Positions 28,696 to 38,110 of a stretch of DNA of 64,000 bases are shown in pieces (position 1 is the first letter of the stretch; every line of letters starts with the position of its first letter). The notes below the pieces were generated by a model. The model saw only the letters and a program-made list of their open reading frames with translations, was not told where the DNA came from and did no database searches. Where the stretch lies: NCBI GenBank assembly GCA_963828255.1, contig CAWHDZ010000015.1:64001-128000 (forward strand), given 5' to 3'. This stretch comes from an uncultured delta proteobacterium. GTDB lineage: Bacteria; Myxococcota; Myxococcia; Myxococcales; Anaeromyxobacteraceae. Made by a program: the position numbers and the translations under genes.

Positions 28696-29969
28696 GACTT
28701 CTTCCCCTTGGGCGCCGCCTTCTTCTCGGCGTGGGCGGCGGCGCGCATCTCCTTGTCGAGCGCGCGGATCTCGGAGAGGTCGCGCTTCATCTCGCTCCAG
28801 CCGTACCAGAGGGAGTAGTCCGGGTTGTTGTGGAAGGCGCCCTGGAAGGTGCGCATCCGGTGCTCGAGGAACATGACGAAGAGCTTCTGCTCGACCACCG
28901 TGCCGGCGTCGTGGAAGGTGAGGAGGTCGGGGAAGGCGTAGGCCGCGTCCTTGGGCTTGGGCACGATGCCGTCCTGGTAGAGCCCGGCCACGATGCGGAT
29001 GGCCTGGGCCATGAGGTGATCGGCCTCGCGCACCATGTCGTCGCTGCGGGCCATCTCGCTCTTCGCGAAGGCGGGGGAGTGGCACTGCGTGCAGGTCGCG
29101 ATCATCTTCTCGCGCTCCTTGTCGAAGGCCTCCTTGGTCAGGCGCGCCACGTCGGCCGCCTTCACCACGTCGAGGCGTCCGGTGGGCTGCCCCTTGGGGT
29201 CGAGCACCTGGAGCCCCTGGAGGATGGTGACCTGGTCGGCCTTCCACGTCGGGTCCTCGGAGAGGGGGAGGCGGACGGCGAGGAAGCCCCAGGCGGTGCG
29301 GACCTCGTGGTTTCCGCCCTGCATGTGGCAGTCCTGGCAGGTCGGGGCGGCGGCGGAGGGAGGCAGGATGCCGAGCTGCTTCAGGCCGTGGCGGACGCCG
29401 TGCTTCGAGCCCGAGTACATCTCCCACTGCGGGTGGTCGAAGCCCATGTGGCAGGTCTGGCAGGCCTGCGGCTGCTGGGCCTCCTTCTTCGAGAAGGTGT
29501 GGCGGGTGTGGCAGGCGTCGCAGGAGGCGTTGCCGTGGCCGCCGGTGGCCTTCACCAGGTCACGGGTCTCGGCCTCGGTCTTGAGGCCCAGCTTGTGGCA
29601 GCCGCCGCAGCCCTTCAACCCTTCCATGGCCGCCATGGGCTGCTGGTGGAAGGTGGGCATGGCCTTCACGGCGGCCCAGGCGGCGGCGTGCTTGCCCTTC
29701 TTGAACTGGTCGACCTGGGTGGAGTGGCACTGGTTGCAGGTGTCGGGGGTGGGAAGCTTCGCCAGGCTGGCGTCGGTGTCGGTGCTGTGGGCGCTGCCGT
29801 GGCAGGTGGCGCAGCCGACCTCGACCTGCGAATGGCGGGAGAGCTTCCAGTCGGCGACGACGCCGGGGGAGCGCTTCTCGTGGCAGGCCACGCATGCGTC
29901 GGAGGGCGCCGGGGCCGGCTGGGCCGGGGGTGCCGCGAGGAGGAGAGCCGCCATCAGGGATGCGATCAT
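28692..29969 (-). CDS. Periplasmic octaheme cytochrome c of the hydroxylamine oxidoreductase (HAO) family
   Basis: ATG 29969, signal peptide, eight CxxCH (CVACH, CATCH, CNQCH, CGGCH, CDACH, CQTCH, CQDCH, CTQCH), HAO hallmark CHTRH.FS..EA..P.AC..CHMG.DHPQWE.Y..SKHG. Confidence 0.88.
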   Translation of the reverse strand: MIASLMAALLLAAPPAQPAPAPSDACVACHEKRSPGVVADWKLSRHSQVEVGCATCHGSAHSTDTDASLAKLPTPDTCNQCHSTQVDQFKKGKHAAAWAAVKAMPTFHQQPMAAMEGLKGCGGCHKLGLKTEAETRDLVKATGGHGNASCDACHTRHTFSKKEAQQPQACQTCHMGFDHPQWEMYSGSKHGVRHGLKQLGILPPSAAAPTCQDCHMQGGNHEVRTAWGFLAVRLPLSEDPTWKADQVTILQGLQVLDPKGQPTGRLDVVKAADVARLTKEAFDKEREKMIATCTQCHSPAFAKSEMARSDDMVREADHLMAQAIRIVAGLYQDGIVPKPKDAAYAFPDLLTFHDAGTVVEQKLFVMFLEHRMRTFQGAFHNNPDYSLWYGWSEMKRDLSEIRALDKEMRAAAHAEKKAAPKGKKS

Positions 29970-29999
29970 CTCGAGAGGATCCTTGGGTTGGAGTGATAG

Positions 30000-30015
30000 T
30001 GGACATCTATATCCA
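30000..30015. promoter_or_regulatory. Imperfect palindrome, candidate Rrf2 operator
   Basis: TGGACAT-CT-ATATCCA (one mismatch) in the AT-richer spacer between the divergent HAO-like and Rrf2 genes; a further GTGTCCA half-site ends at ~30033. Confidence 0.55.
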
Positions 30016-30062
30016 TAATGGCGTTTGTGTCCAGCGTGATCTTCCGGACGTGATGGGCTAGG

Positions 30063-30479
30063 ATGGGGGCCGTGAACTTCTCCGCCTCCACCACCCACGC
30101 CCTCCGCGCCATGGCCTGGCTGGCCGCCCACGCCGAGAAGGAAGCCGTCCTGGGGCGCGACATGGCACGGAAGCTCAAGATCCCGCCCGATTACCTCTCC
30201 AAGGTGCTCGCCACGCTGGCGCGCAGCGGGGTCCTCACCGCCGCACGCGGCGCCAAGGGCGGCTACCGGCTGGCCCGGGCCGCGGAGCGCATCAAGCTGG
30301 TCGAGGTGGTCACACCCTTCGAGGGGAAGCGGGCCCGGTCGGGCTGCCTGCTCCGCCCCGACAGGCCCTGCCGCGACTCCGGCGCCTGCTCGGCCCATAC
30401 CTCCTGGGGCGGCGTGAACGAGGCGTACCGGGATTTCCTCGAGAAGACCACCGTCGCCGACATCCGCGACGCATCGTAG
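30063..30479 (+). CDS. Rrf2-family transcriptional regulator with three Cys (Fe-S type)
   Basis: HALRAM, YLSKVL..L, RGAKGGYRLAR, CLL..C..CSAH..W. Confidence 0.92.
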   Translation: MGAVNFSASTTHALRAMAWLAAHAEKEAVLGRDMARKLKIPPDYLSKVLATLARSGVLTAARGAKGGYRLARAAERIKLVEVVTPFEGKRARSGCLLRPDRPCRDSGACSAHTSWGGVNEAYRDFLEKTTVADIRDAS

Positions 30480-30493
30480 AGGGGGATGGACGA

Positions 30494-30856
30494 ATGGGAC
30501 TTCCGATCGCCAGCGCCGAGACCAATCTTCCCGCCTCGCAGGCCCTGCGTTTCGAGGACTTGATCGCCTACGCGCAGCACGGGATCGCCAGCCGGGTCCT
30601 CGCCAAGACTGGCGGTGGCAACGTGACCATCTTCGCCTTCGAGAAGGGGCAGGGACTCACCGAGCACACCTCGCCCTTCGACGCACTGGTCTTCATCCTC
30701 GAAGGCTCGATGACGCTCACCATCGGCGGCGAGCCGGTGAAGGCGCCGGCGGGCGGGGTGACCCGCATGCCCGCGGGGGTGCCGCACGCGCTCGAGGCCG
30801 ACGAGCGCACCCGGATGCTGCTCGTCATGCTGCGAGAGCCGAAGGCGCCGGCCTAG
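30494..30856 (+). CDS. Cupin domain protein
   Basis: FAFEKGQGLTEHTSP, EG, MPAGVPHAL. Confidence 0.88.
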   Translation: MGLPIASAETNLPASQALRFEDLIAYAQHGIASRVLAKTGGGNVTIFAFEKGQGLTEHTSPFDALVFILEGSMTLTIGGEPVKAPAGGVTRMPAGVPHALEADERTRMLLVMLREPKAPA

Positions 30857-30882
30857 GTATCCCGGTGTGCGTGGCCCTCGCC

Positions 30883-30914
30883 GGCCCAAACGGGGTGGCC
30901 CAAACGGGGTGGCC
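30883..30914 (+). repeat. Tandem 14-bp direct repeat
   Basis: GGCCCAAACGGGGT twice, followed by GGCC. Confidence 0.8.
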
Positions 30915-30976
30915 GCACTTGACGGGTACCGGGAAGTTCGTGGAGGCGGGTACCCTCGGACGACGGGGGTGAACCG

Positions 30977-32668
30977 TTGACCAAGATCTCCAGCGAGGGC
31001 CATGTCCTGGCGCGCAAGCACCGCGTCGACCAGGCTCGCCTGCACCTCCTCGAGCGCGCGGTCACGGCCACCTTGAAGGAGCTCCTGACCGCCACCCTCG
31101 ACCTGGCCGAGGATCTCACGGGAAGCCGGATCGGATTTTTTCACTTCGTCGAGGAGGACCAGAACGCGCTCTGGCTCCAGGCCTGGTCCACCAACACCGT
31201 GGCCAGGATGTGCACCGCGGAGGGGGCAGGGTCCCACTATCCGCTCGACCAGGCCGGGGTGTGGGCCGACTGCGTCCGGACGGGCGCGCCGGTCGTCCAC
31301 AACGACTATCCTTCCGCCCCGGGGAAGAAGGGGCTGCCGTCCGGGCACGCGCAGGTCCTCCGCGAGCTCACCGTGCCGGTGGTGCGGGCCGGCCGGATCT
31401 GCGCCGTTCTCGGCGTGGGGAACAAGCCCTCCGACTACGACGAGGCCGACGTCGCCGACGTCTCCGCCCTCGCAGACCTGGCCTGGGACATCGCCGCGCG
31501 CGTCCGGGCCGAGGAGGCGCTGCGCATCCAGGAGAAGCGGCTCGACCTGGCCGCCAGCTCGGGGAAGCTGGGGCTCTGGGACCTGGACCTGACGACCCAG
31601 GTGGCCTGGCGCACGCTCCAGCACGACCGGCTCTTCGGCTACGACGAGTTGCGGCCGTCGTGGGGGCCGGAGGATGCCCTCCGGCACATCGTCCCGGAGG
31701 ATCGGCCCGTCTTCGAGAAGGCGTTCGAGGAGGCGCTGGCCACCGGGACCTTCCACTACGAGCTCCGGATCGACCCGGCGACGGGCCCCCGGCGCTGGAT
31801 CGAGGCCAACGGGGAGGTCTTCAGGGACGAGTCCGGGGTGCCGGTCCGGATGGCGGGCACGGTGGCCGACGTCACCGCGCGACGGCGGGCCGAGGAGGAG
31901 GTGCGCACCCTGCAACGCGAGCTGGCCGTCGCCTCGCGGATCGTGGCGATGGGAACCCTGGCCGCCGGGGTGGCGCACGAGATCAACAATCCACTCTCGG
32001 CGGTGCTGGCCGACCAGGAACTGGCCCTCTCCAGCGTCCAGGATCTCCTGGAACGGGTCGGTGGCGAGGAGCCGCTCGACCGCCCGGCCGAGGCCCAGCG
32101 CATCGAGGGCGTCGTCGAGGCGCTCGGGGATGCAGTCGAGGGGGCCCGCCGCATCGGCCGGGTGGTGAGGGAACTCACCATCTTCGCGCGGCCGAGCCAG
32201 GAGAAGAAGCGCGAGCGGCTGGCGGAGATCGTCGCCAAGGCGATGAACTGGGTCCCATCCACCGTCCACAAGGTGGCCCGGGTCCACGTGGAGGACGGCG
32301 GCGCACCCGACGTCATGGCTTCCTTCGGCCAGATCGAGCAGGTCGTGGTGAACCTGGTCACGAACGCCTCCAAGGCGTGCAAGCCGAGGACGCCGGGCAC
32401 CATCATCGTCCGGTTCGGCCCCGGTGGTCCCGGGATGGCCCGGCTCGACGTCATCGACCAAGGGACGGGGATCGAGCCGGCGATCCTGGGGCGGCTCTTC
32501 GACCCCTTCTTCACGACCGCCGAGGTCGGGAAGGGAATGGGACTGGGTCTCGCGGTCTGCAACTCCATCGTGACGTCCCACGGGGGAACGCTGACGGTCG
32601 AGAGCGAGCTGGGGCGGGGCTCGACCTTCCGCATCGAGCTGCCCGTCGCCAGGGGCACCGGGGGGTGA
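30977..32668 (+). CDS. Cytoplasmic GAF-PAS histidine kinase (possibly N-terminally truncated)
   Basis: GAF (AGVWADCVR..HNDY..GVGNK..Y), PAS_3, H-box GVAHEINNPL, N-box NLVTNA, DQGTGI, FDPFFTT, GMGLGL. Weak TTG start; no cognate response regulator nearby. Confidence 0.88.
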   Translation: MTKISSEGHVLARKHRVDQARLHLLERAVTATLKELLTATLDLAEDLTGSRIGFFHFVEEDQNALWLQAWSTNTVARMCTAEGAGSHYPLDQAGVWADCVRTGAPVVHNDYPSAPGKKGLPSGHAQVLRELTVPVVRAGRICAVLGVGNKPSDYDEADVADVSALADLAWDIAARVRAEEALRIQEKRLDLAASSGKLGLWDLDLTTQVAWRTLQHDRLFGYDELRPSWGPEDALRHIVPEDRPVFEKAFEEALATGTFHYELRIDPATGPRRWIEANGEVFRDESGVPVRMAGTVADVTARRRAEEEVRTLQRELAVASRIVAMGTLAAGVAHEINNPLSAVLADQELALSSVQDLLERVGGEEPLDRPAEAQRIEGVVEALGDAVEGARRIGRVVRELTIFARPSQEKKRERLAEIVAKAMNWVPSTVHKVARVHVEDGGAPDVMASFGQIEQVVVNLVTNASKACKPRTPGTIIVRFGPGGPGMARLDVIDQGTGIEPAILGRLFDPFFTTAEVGKGMGLGLAVCNSIVTSHGGTLTVESELGRGSTFRIELPVARGTGG

Positions 32669-32720
32669 GCTTCACGGGTTCCGCGTTGCCTTCCGGCGCT
32701 GGCGAGGGTAACTCTCCGGA

Positions 32721-34001
32721 ATGACCGACGAAGTCCACCTCGACTCCAACGTTCCCGGGAACCCCGCCTACCACTTCACCATCGTCCCCGCCGGCACGCC
32801 CGGCCGGGTGGGGTGGGCGCAGCGCGCGCCGCTCGTGCCCGGGGCCGGCCTGGCCACCAGGTGCGTCCACGCCGGCGTCCAGCCCGACCCGGCCTACGGG
32901 GCGGTCATGCCGCCCATCTACCAGAGCTCGACCTTCGCCTTCCGCGACGTCTGCGTGAACGCCGGGTACGACTACACGAGGAGCGGAAACCCCACCCGGG
33001 CCGCGCTGGAGGAGGCCATCGCCGTCCTCGAGGGGGGCATGGGCGCCACCTGCACCAGCACCGGCATGAGCGCGGTGATCGTGGCCCTCAACCTGCTCCC
33101 CACCGGCAGCCACCTGCTCTGCACGGTGGACTGCTACGGCGGGACCTTCCGGGCCCTCGAGCACGCCAGGACGGCCTACGGGCTTCAAGTCACCTACCTC
33201 GACCTGGCCGACCTGCGCGCCGTCGCCGCCGCCTTCCGCCCCAACACCCGGATGGTCTGGATCGAGACCCCGTCCAATCCGTTGCTCCGGCTCACCGACA
33301 TCCGCGCGGTGGCGGCGATCGCCAGGGCTGGCGGTGCGCTCACCGTGGTGGACAACACCTTCCTCTCCCCCGTCCAGCAGCGCCCCTTCGGCCTGGGCGC
33401 CGACCTGGTGGTCCACTCAACCACCAAGTACCTGAACGGCCACAGCGACGTGGTGGGTGGCGCGGTGGTCTCGGCCCCCGGGCAGCTCGCCCTCCTCCAG
33501 CGCATCCAGAGCATGAACAACCTGCTGGGGACGTCGCAGAGCCCCCACGACGCCTTCCTGGTGCTCCGCGGCCTGAAGACGCTGCTCTTGCGGATGAAGG
33601 CCCACGAGGCCGGCGCGCAGGTCGTGGCGCGCTGGCTTGCCGCCCACCCGGCGGTTGCGAAGGTGCACTACCCGGGGCTGACCTCCCACCCCCAGCACGA
33701 GCTCGCGAAGGCGCAGCAGGACGGCTTCGGAGGCATGCTGAGCTTCGAGCTCCACGACGGCCGCCGGGACCGCGTCGACCACGTGCTCCGCGCGCTGCGC
33801 TGGTTCACCCTGGCCGAGAGCCTGGGCGGGGTGGAGAGCCTGGTGGCCCATCCGGCCTCGATGACCCACGCGTCGATGACCCCGGAAGCCCGGCTGCGTG
33901 CCGGGATCACCGACGGCGTCATCCGGCTCTCCATCGGCATCGAGGACCCCAGGGACCTCGTCGCCGATCTGGACCAGGCGCTCTCCACCCTGCCGGCCTG
34001 A
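32721..34001 (+). CDS. Cys/Met metabolism PLP enzyme (cystathionine gamma-synthase/lyase)
   Basis: YDYTRSGNPTR, IETPSNP, VDNTF, HSTTKYLNGHSD, LAESLGGVESL. Confidence 0.92.
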   Translation: MTDEVHLDSNVPGNPAYHFTIVPAGTPGRVGWAQRAPLVPGAGLATRCVHAGVQPDPAYGAVMPPIYQSSTFAFRDVCVNAGYDYTRSGNPTRAALEEAIAVLEGGMGATCTSTGMSAVIVALNLLPTGSHLLCTVDCYGGTFRALEHARTAYGLQVTYLDLADLRAVAAAFRPNTRMVWIETPSNPLLRLTDIRAVAAIARAGGALTVVDNTFLSPVQQRPFGLGADLVVHSTTKYLNGHSDVVGGAVVSAPGQLALLQRIQSMNNLLGTSQSPHDAFLVLRGLKTLLLRMKAHEAGAQVVARWLAAHPAVAKVHYPGLTSHPQHELAKAQQDGFGGMLSFELHDGRRDRVDHVLRALRWFTLAESLGGVESLVAHPASMTHASMTPEARLRAGITDGVIRLSIGIEDPRDLVADLDQALSTLPA

Positions 34002-34012
34002 TCGGAGACACC

Positions 34013-35020
34013 TTGCGCGAGGCCTTCACCTTCGACGACGTCCTGCTCGTCCCTGCCTACAACCACTACGAGTCACGGCAGCACGTGGAGCTGTCGGTCA
34101 CCGACCGCTCCGGGAAGCTCTCGCTGCAGCTCCCGGTGATGACCGCCAACATGGACACCATCACCGGGTCGGCCATGGCGAACTTCATCGGCGGGAAGGG
34201 CGGCATCGGCGTCCTCCACCGGATGATGTCGATCGACCGGAACGTGGCCGAGTTCCGGCGGTGCCGCAATACCGTCTTCGTGTCGGTGGGCTGCGCCGAC
34301 GAGGAACTGGAGCGCGCCGAGGCCCTGCGGGACGCCGGGGCCACCCACTTCGTCGTGGACGTTGCCCACGGCCACGCCCGCTACGTGGGGAAGACCCTGA
34401 AGAACCTCCGGCAGCTCCTTCCGGACGCCTGCCTCATGGCGGGCAACGTGGCCACCTACGCCGGAGCCGACTACCTGGCCTCCGTGGGGGCCGACATCGT
34501 GAAGGTGGGCATCGGCCCGGGGAGCGTCTGCACGACGCGCATCAAGACCGGCCACGGGGTTCCCCAGCTCACCGCCATCCAGGATTGCGCACGCTGCGAC
34601 CGCTCCATCGTGGCCGACGGCGGCATCCGCCACCCCGGCGACATCGTGAAGGCCCTGGCCTTCGGCGCCGACTTCGTGATGATCGGCGGGATGCTGGCCG
34701 GGACGCGCCCCACCCCCGGCAAGAAGGTGAAGGACCGCAAGGGCGGGTGGGTGAAGGCCTACCGCGGAATGGCCAGCCGCGAGGTGGCCGACGAGCACCA
34801 CGGCGGGATCGCCGAGTGGAAGACCGCGGAGGGGGTCTCGGTCACCGTGCCGTACCGGGACGACGAGGAGGCCATCGTCGCCGACCTGGTGGGCGGCCTG
34901 CGGTCCGGCCTCACCTACGCCGGGAGCCGCACCATCCGCGAGCTGCAGCGGAAGCTCAACTACGTGGTCATCACGCCGAGCGGGTGGCAGGAGGGGACGC
35001 CTCATAAGGCGTCGCGGTAG
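34013..35020 (+). CDS. IMP dehydrogenase/GMP reductase family protein lacking CBS domains
   Basis: TTG 34013 after a GGAG RBS; TFDDVLLVP, ANMDT, DVAHGH, VGIGPGSVCTTR, ADGGI, YRGMAS, AEGV. Confidence 0.88.
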   Translation: MREAFTFDDVLLVPAYNHYESRQHVELSVTDRSGKLSLQLPVMTANMDTITGSAMANFIGGKGGIGVLHRMMSIDRNVAEFRRCRNTVFVSVGCADEELERAEALRDAGATHFVVDVAHGHARYVGKTLKNLRQLLPDACLMAGNVATYAGADYLASVGADIVKVGIGPGSVCTTRIKTGHGVPQLTAIQDCARCDRSIVADGGIRHPGDIVKALAFGADFVMIGGMLAGTRPTPGKKVKDRKGGWVKAYRGMASREVADEHHGGIAEWKTAEGVSVTVPYRDDEEAIVADLVGGLRSGLTYAGSRTIRELQRKLNYVVITPSGWQEGTPHKASR

Positions 35021-38000
35021 CCGCGCGGGCCTTCTTTCCGTGGTCCCGGGCGATGAGCAGGTAGATCGACGGCACGAAGAAGATGGTGAAGGCGGTGCCG
35101 ACGGCCATGCCGGCCACCAGCACGAGGCCGATGCTGTTTCGGGCCGCGGCGCCCGGGCCGGAGACGAATGTGAGCGGAAGGTGGCCGAAGATGGTGGCGG
35201 CGCTCGTCATGAGGATGGGGCGGAGCCGGACCACCGAGGCGTTCTTCACCGCCTCGATCTTGGACTGCCCCTCGCGCTGCAGCTCGTTGGCGAACTGCAC
35301 GATGAGGATTCCGTTCTTGGCGACGAGCCCCACCAGGGTGACGAGCCCGACCTGCGAGTAGACGTTGAGCGTGGTCGTCCACCCGTCGGTCCAGAAGCGC
35401 ATGTTGGGGTTTGGCATCTTGAGGAAGGTGAGCGCCAGCGAGCCGAACATGGCGAGCGGCACGGACCCCATGAGGATGACGAAGGGGTCCCGGAAGCTGT
35501 TGAACTGAGCGGCCAGGATCAGGAAGATGAGCAGGATGGAGAGCAGGAAGGCCGGTCCGAACTTGTTGCCTTCCACGCGCAGCTGCCGCGACTCACCGGT
35601 GTAGTCCACCACGTAGCCCTTGGGCAGGATGCCCGCGGCCGCGTCCTCCAGGAACCGGAGCGACTCGTCGAGGGGGCGAATGGCCACGCCGGAGATCTTC
35701 ACCGCGTTGAGCTGCTGGAAGCGGTTGAGCGACCGCGGCGCCACCGAGTTCTTGATGGTCGCGATGGAAGACAGCGCCACGAGCTGGCCGTCCGGCCCGG
35801 TGACGTAGATGTCCTTGAGCTGCTCGGGGTTGAGCCGGTCGGCACGGGACACCTGCGGGATCACCTTGTAGCTGCGCCCGTCCACGCTGAAGCGGTTCAC
35901 GAAGTTGCCGCCAATGGCCGCCGAGAGGTCCTGGCCGACGGTCTGGAGGTTCAGTCCCAGCTGGGCGACCTTCTCGCGGTCGAAGACCACCTCCGACTCG
36001 GGCTGGTCCACCTTCACGTCGATGAGGGGTGGGAAGGCGAACATGCCGCTCTTCGCCGCCTTCTCTTGCAGTTGCCGGGCGAGGCCGAGGATCTCCTCTG
36101 TGTCGGCGGTGGAGGCGATGACGAACTCGACCGGGAAGTTCCCTCCGCCCGGCAGGGCGGGGGAAGGATCGGGAAGGTCTGGATGCCCGGGATGGCCGAC
36201 ACCTTCTGCTGGACCTCGCCGAGGATCTCGCCGGCGCTCCGCTTTCGCTCCTTCCAGGGCTTGAGCCCGTCGCCCCAGAACCCTCCGGAGGGGAACGTGA
36301 TCTGGAAGGTGAACTGCGTCTCCGGGATGCCCATCAGCACCCGGTTCACCTCGCGGGTGGACTGGGCCACCTGGTCGAGGGTGGAGTTGGCGGGCGTGTT
36401 CACGATGCCGAAGATGACCCCCTGGTCCTCCACCGGCGCCAGCTCGCGGGGCGACTGGAAGAACATGGCGGCCGCGAGCAGCGAGACCACCACCCAGGAG
36501 GCGTAGATGATGCCGCGGGCCTGGAACGACGCCTCCAGGTGACGGGCGTAGGTGTTCTTGATCCGCTCGAAGGTGCGGTTGATGAGGCCGGAGAGCCCCT
36601 CGTTCTCGTGGCTGGCCGTGAGGAGACGGGCCGACATCATGGGGGAGAGGGTGAGGGCCACGACCCCCGAGATGAAGACCGCGCCGGCCAGGGTGAGGGC
36701 GAACTCGCGGAAGAGGGAGCCGGTGAGGCCGCCCTGGAAGGCGATGGGAGCGTAGACGGCCGCCAGCGTGATGGTCATGGAGATGATGGGGCCGATGAGC
36801 TCTCGGGCCCCCACCAGCGCGGCGTCGAAGGGCTTCTTCCCCTCGCGCACGTGCCGTTCCACGTTCTCCACCACCACGATGGCGTCGTCCACGACGAGCC
36901 CCACCGAGAGCACGACCGCGAGCAGGGTGAGCAGGTTGATGGTGAAGCCGAAGAGCTGCATGAGGAAGACTGCGCCGATGAGCGACACCGGGATGGCCAC
37001 CACCGGCACCAGCACCGACCGCAGCGAGCCCAGGAAGAGGAAGATCACCACCACAACGATGAGGATGGTCTCGAGCAGGGTCTGGACCACCTCGTCGATG
37101 GCGTTCTGGATGTAGGCGGTGCCGTCGTAGGCGATGGTGGCCTTGATCTGCTCGGGGATCTCCCGCTGGATCTCCACCATCTCGGTGCGGACCCGCTTGA
37201 TCACGTCGAGGGAGTTGGCGTTGGGCAGGGCCCAGATGCCCACGAAGACCGCGGTGTCGCCGCTGAAGTTCACCATCACGTCGTAGTCCTCGGCGCCGAG
37301 CACCACGTCGCCCACGTCGCCGAGCCGGACCACCGACCCGTCCTTCTCCCGGATCACGAGCTGCTGGAACTCCTTCACCGAGCGCAGGTCGGTGTTGGCG
37401 GTGAGGTTCACCTGGACGAGCGAGCCCTTGGTCTGGCCCAGCGCCGACAGGTAGTTGTTGGCGGCGAGCGCCTGGCGCACCTGGGCCGGGCTCACGTTGA
37501 GGGCGGCCATCTTGTCGGGCTTCAACCAGATGCGCATGGCGAAGGTGCGGGCGCCCAGGATGTCGGCGCGCTGCACGCCCTCCACCGCGGAGAGGCGGGG
37601 TTGCACCACCCGGACCAGGTAGTCGGTGATCTCGTTCTGCTTCAGGAACTGGGAGGAGAAGCTCAGGTAGGCCGAGGCGAACTGGCTGTCGGACGACTCG
37701 ATGTTGATGACCGGGATCTCGGCCGAGGGCGGGAGGTCGCCGCGGACCTGGTTCACCTTGGAGGCGATCTCGGAGAGGGCTCGGTTGGCGTCGTAGTTGA
37801 GGCGCAGGCGGGCCCGGATGATCGAAACGTTCTGCTTGCTCTCCGACTCGATGTAGTCGATGCCGTCGGCGGCGGCGATGGCCCGCTCGAGCGGCGTGGT
37901 GATGAAGCCGCGGACGAGGGCGGCGTTCGCACCCACGTAGACCGTGGTGATGGTGACCGCGGCGTTCTCGCTGCGGGGGTACTGGCGGACGTTCAGGCTG

Positions 38001-38089
38001 CGGATGGCCTGGACGCCGGCGATCACGATGATCAGATTGACGACGATCGCGATGACCGGACGGCGGATGAAGAGGTCGGTGAACTTCAT
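34971..38089 (-). CDS. RND (AcrB/MexW-like) efflux permease with a 1-nt frameshift at ~36159-36163
   Basis: MKFTDLFIRRP, GLVVDDAIVVVEN, then in a second frame ALPGGGNFPVEF..AKNGILIV..RLRPILMT. One extra base in the 5-base run restores ILPPALPGGG. Confidence 0.88.
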
Positions 38090-38110
38090 GGCGGGTGCCC
38101 TCGGGCCGGT

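Noticed and set aside
32813..35020. 735-aa ORF as a PLP enzyme-IMPDH fusion
   Set aside because: The N-terminal part is off-frame to the PLP enzyme; the real gene starts at TTG 34013.
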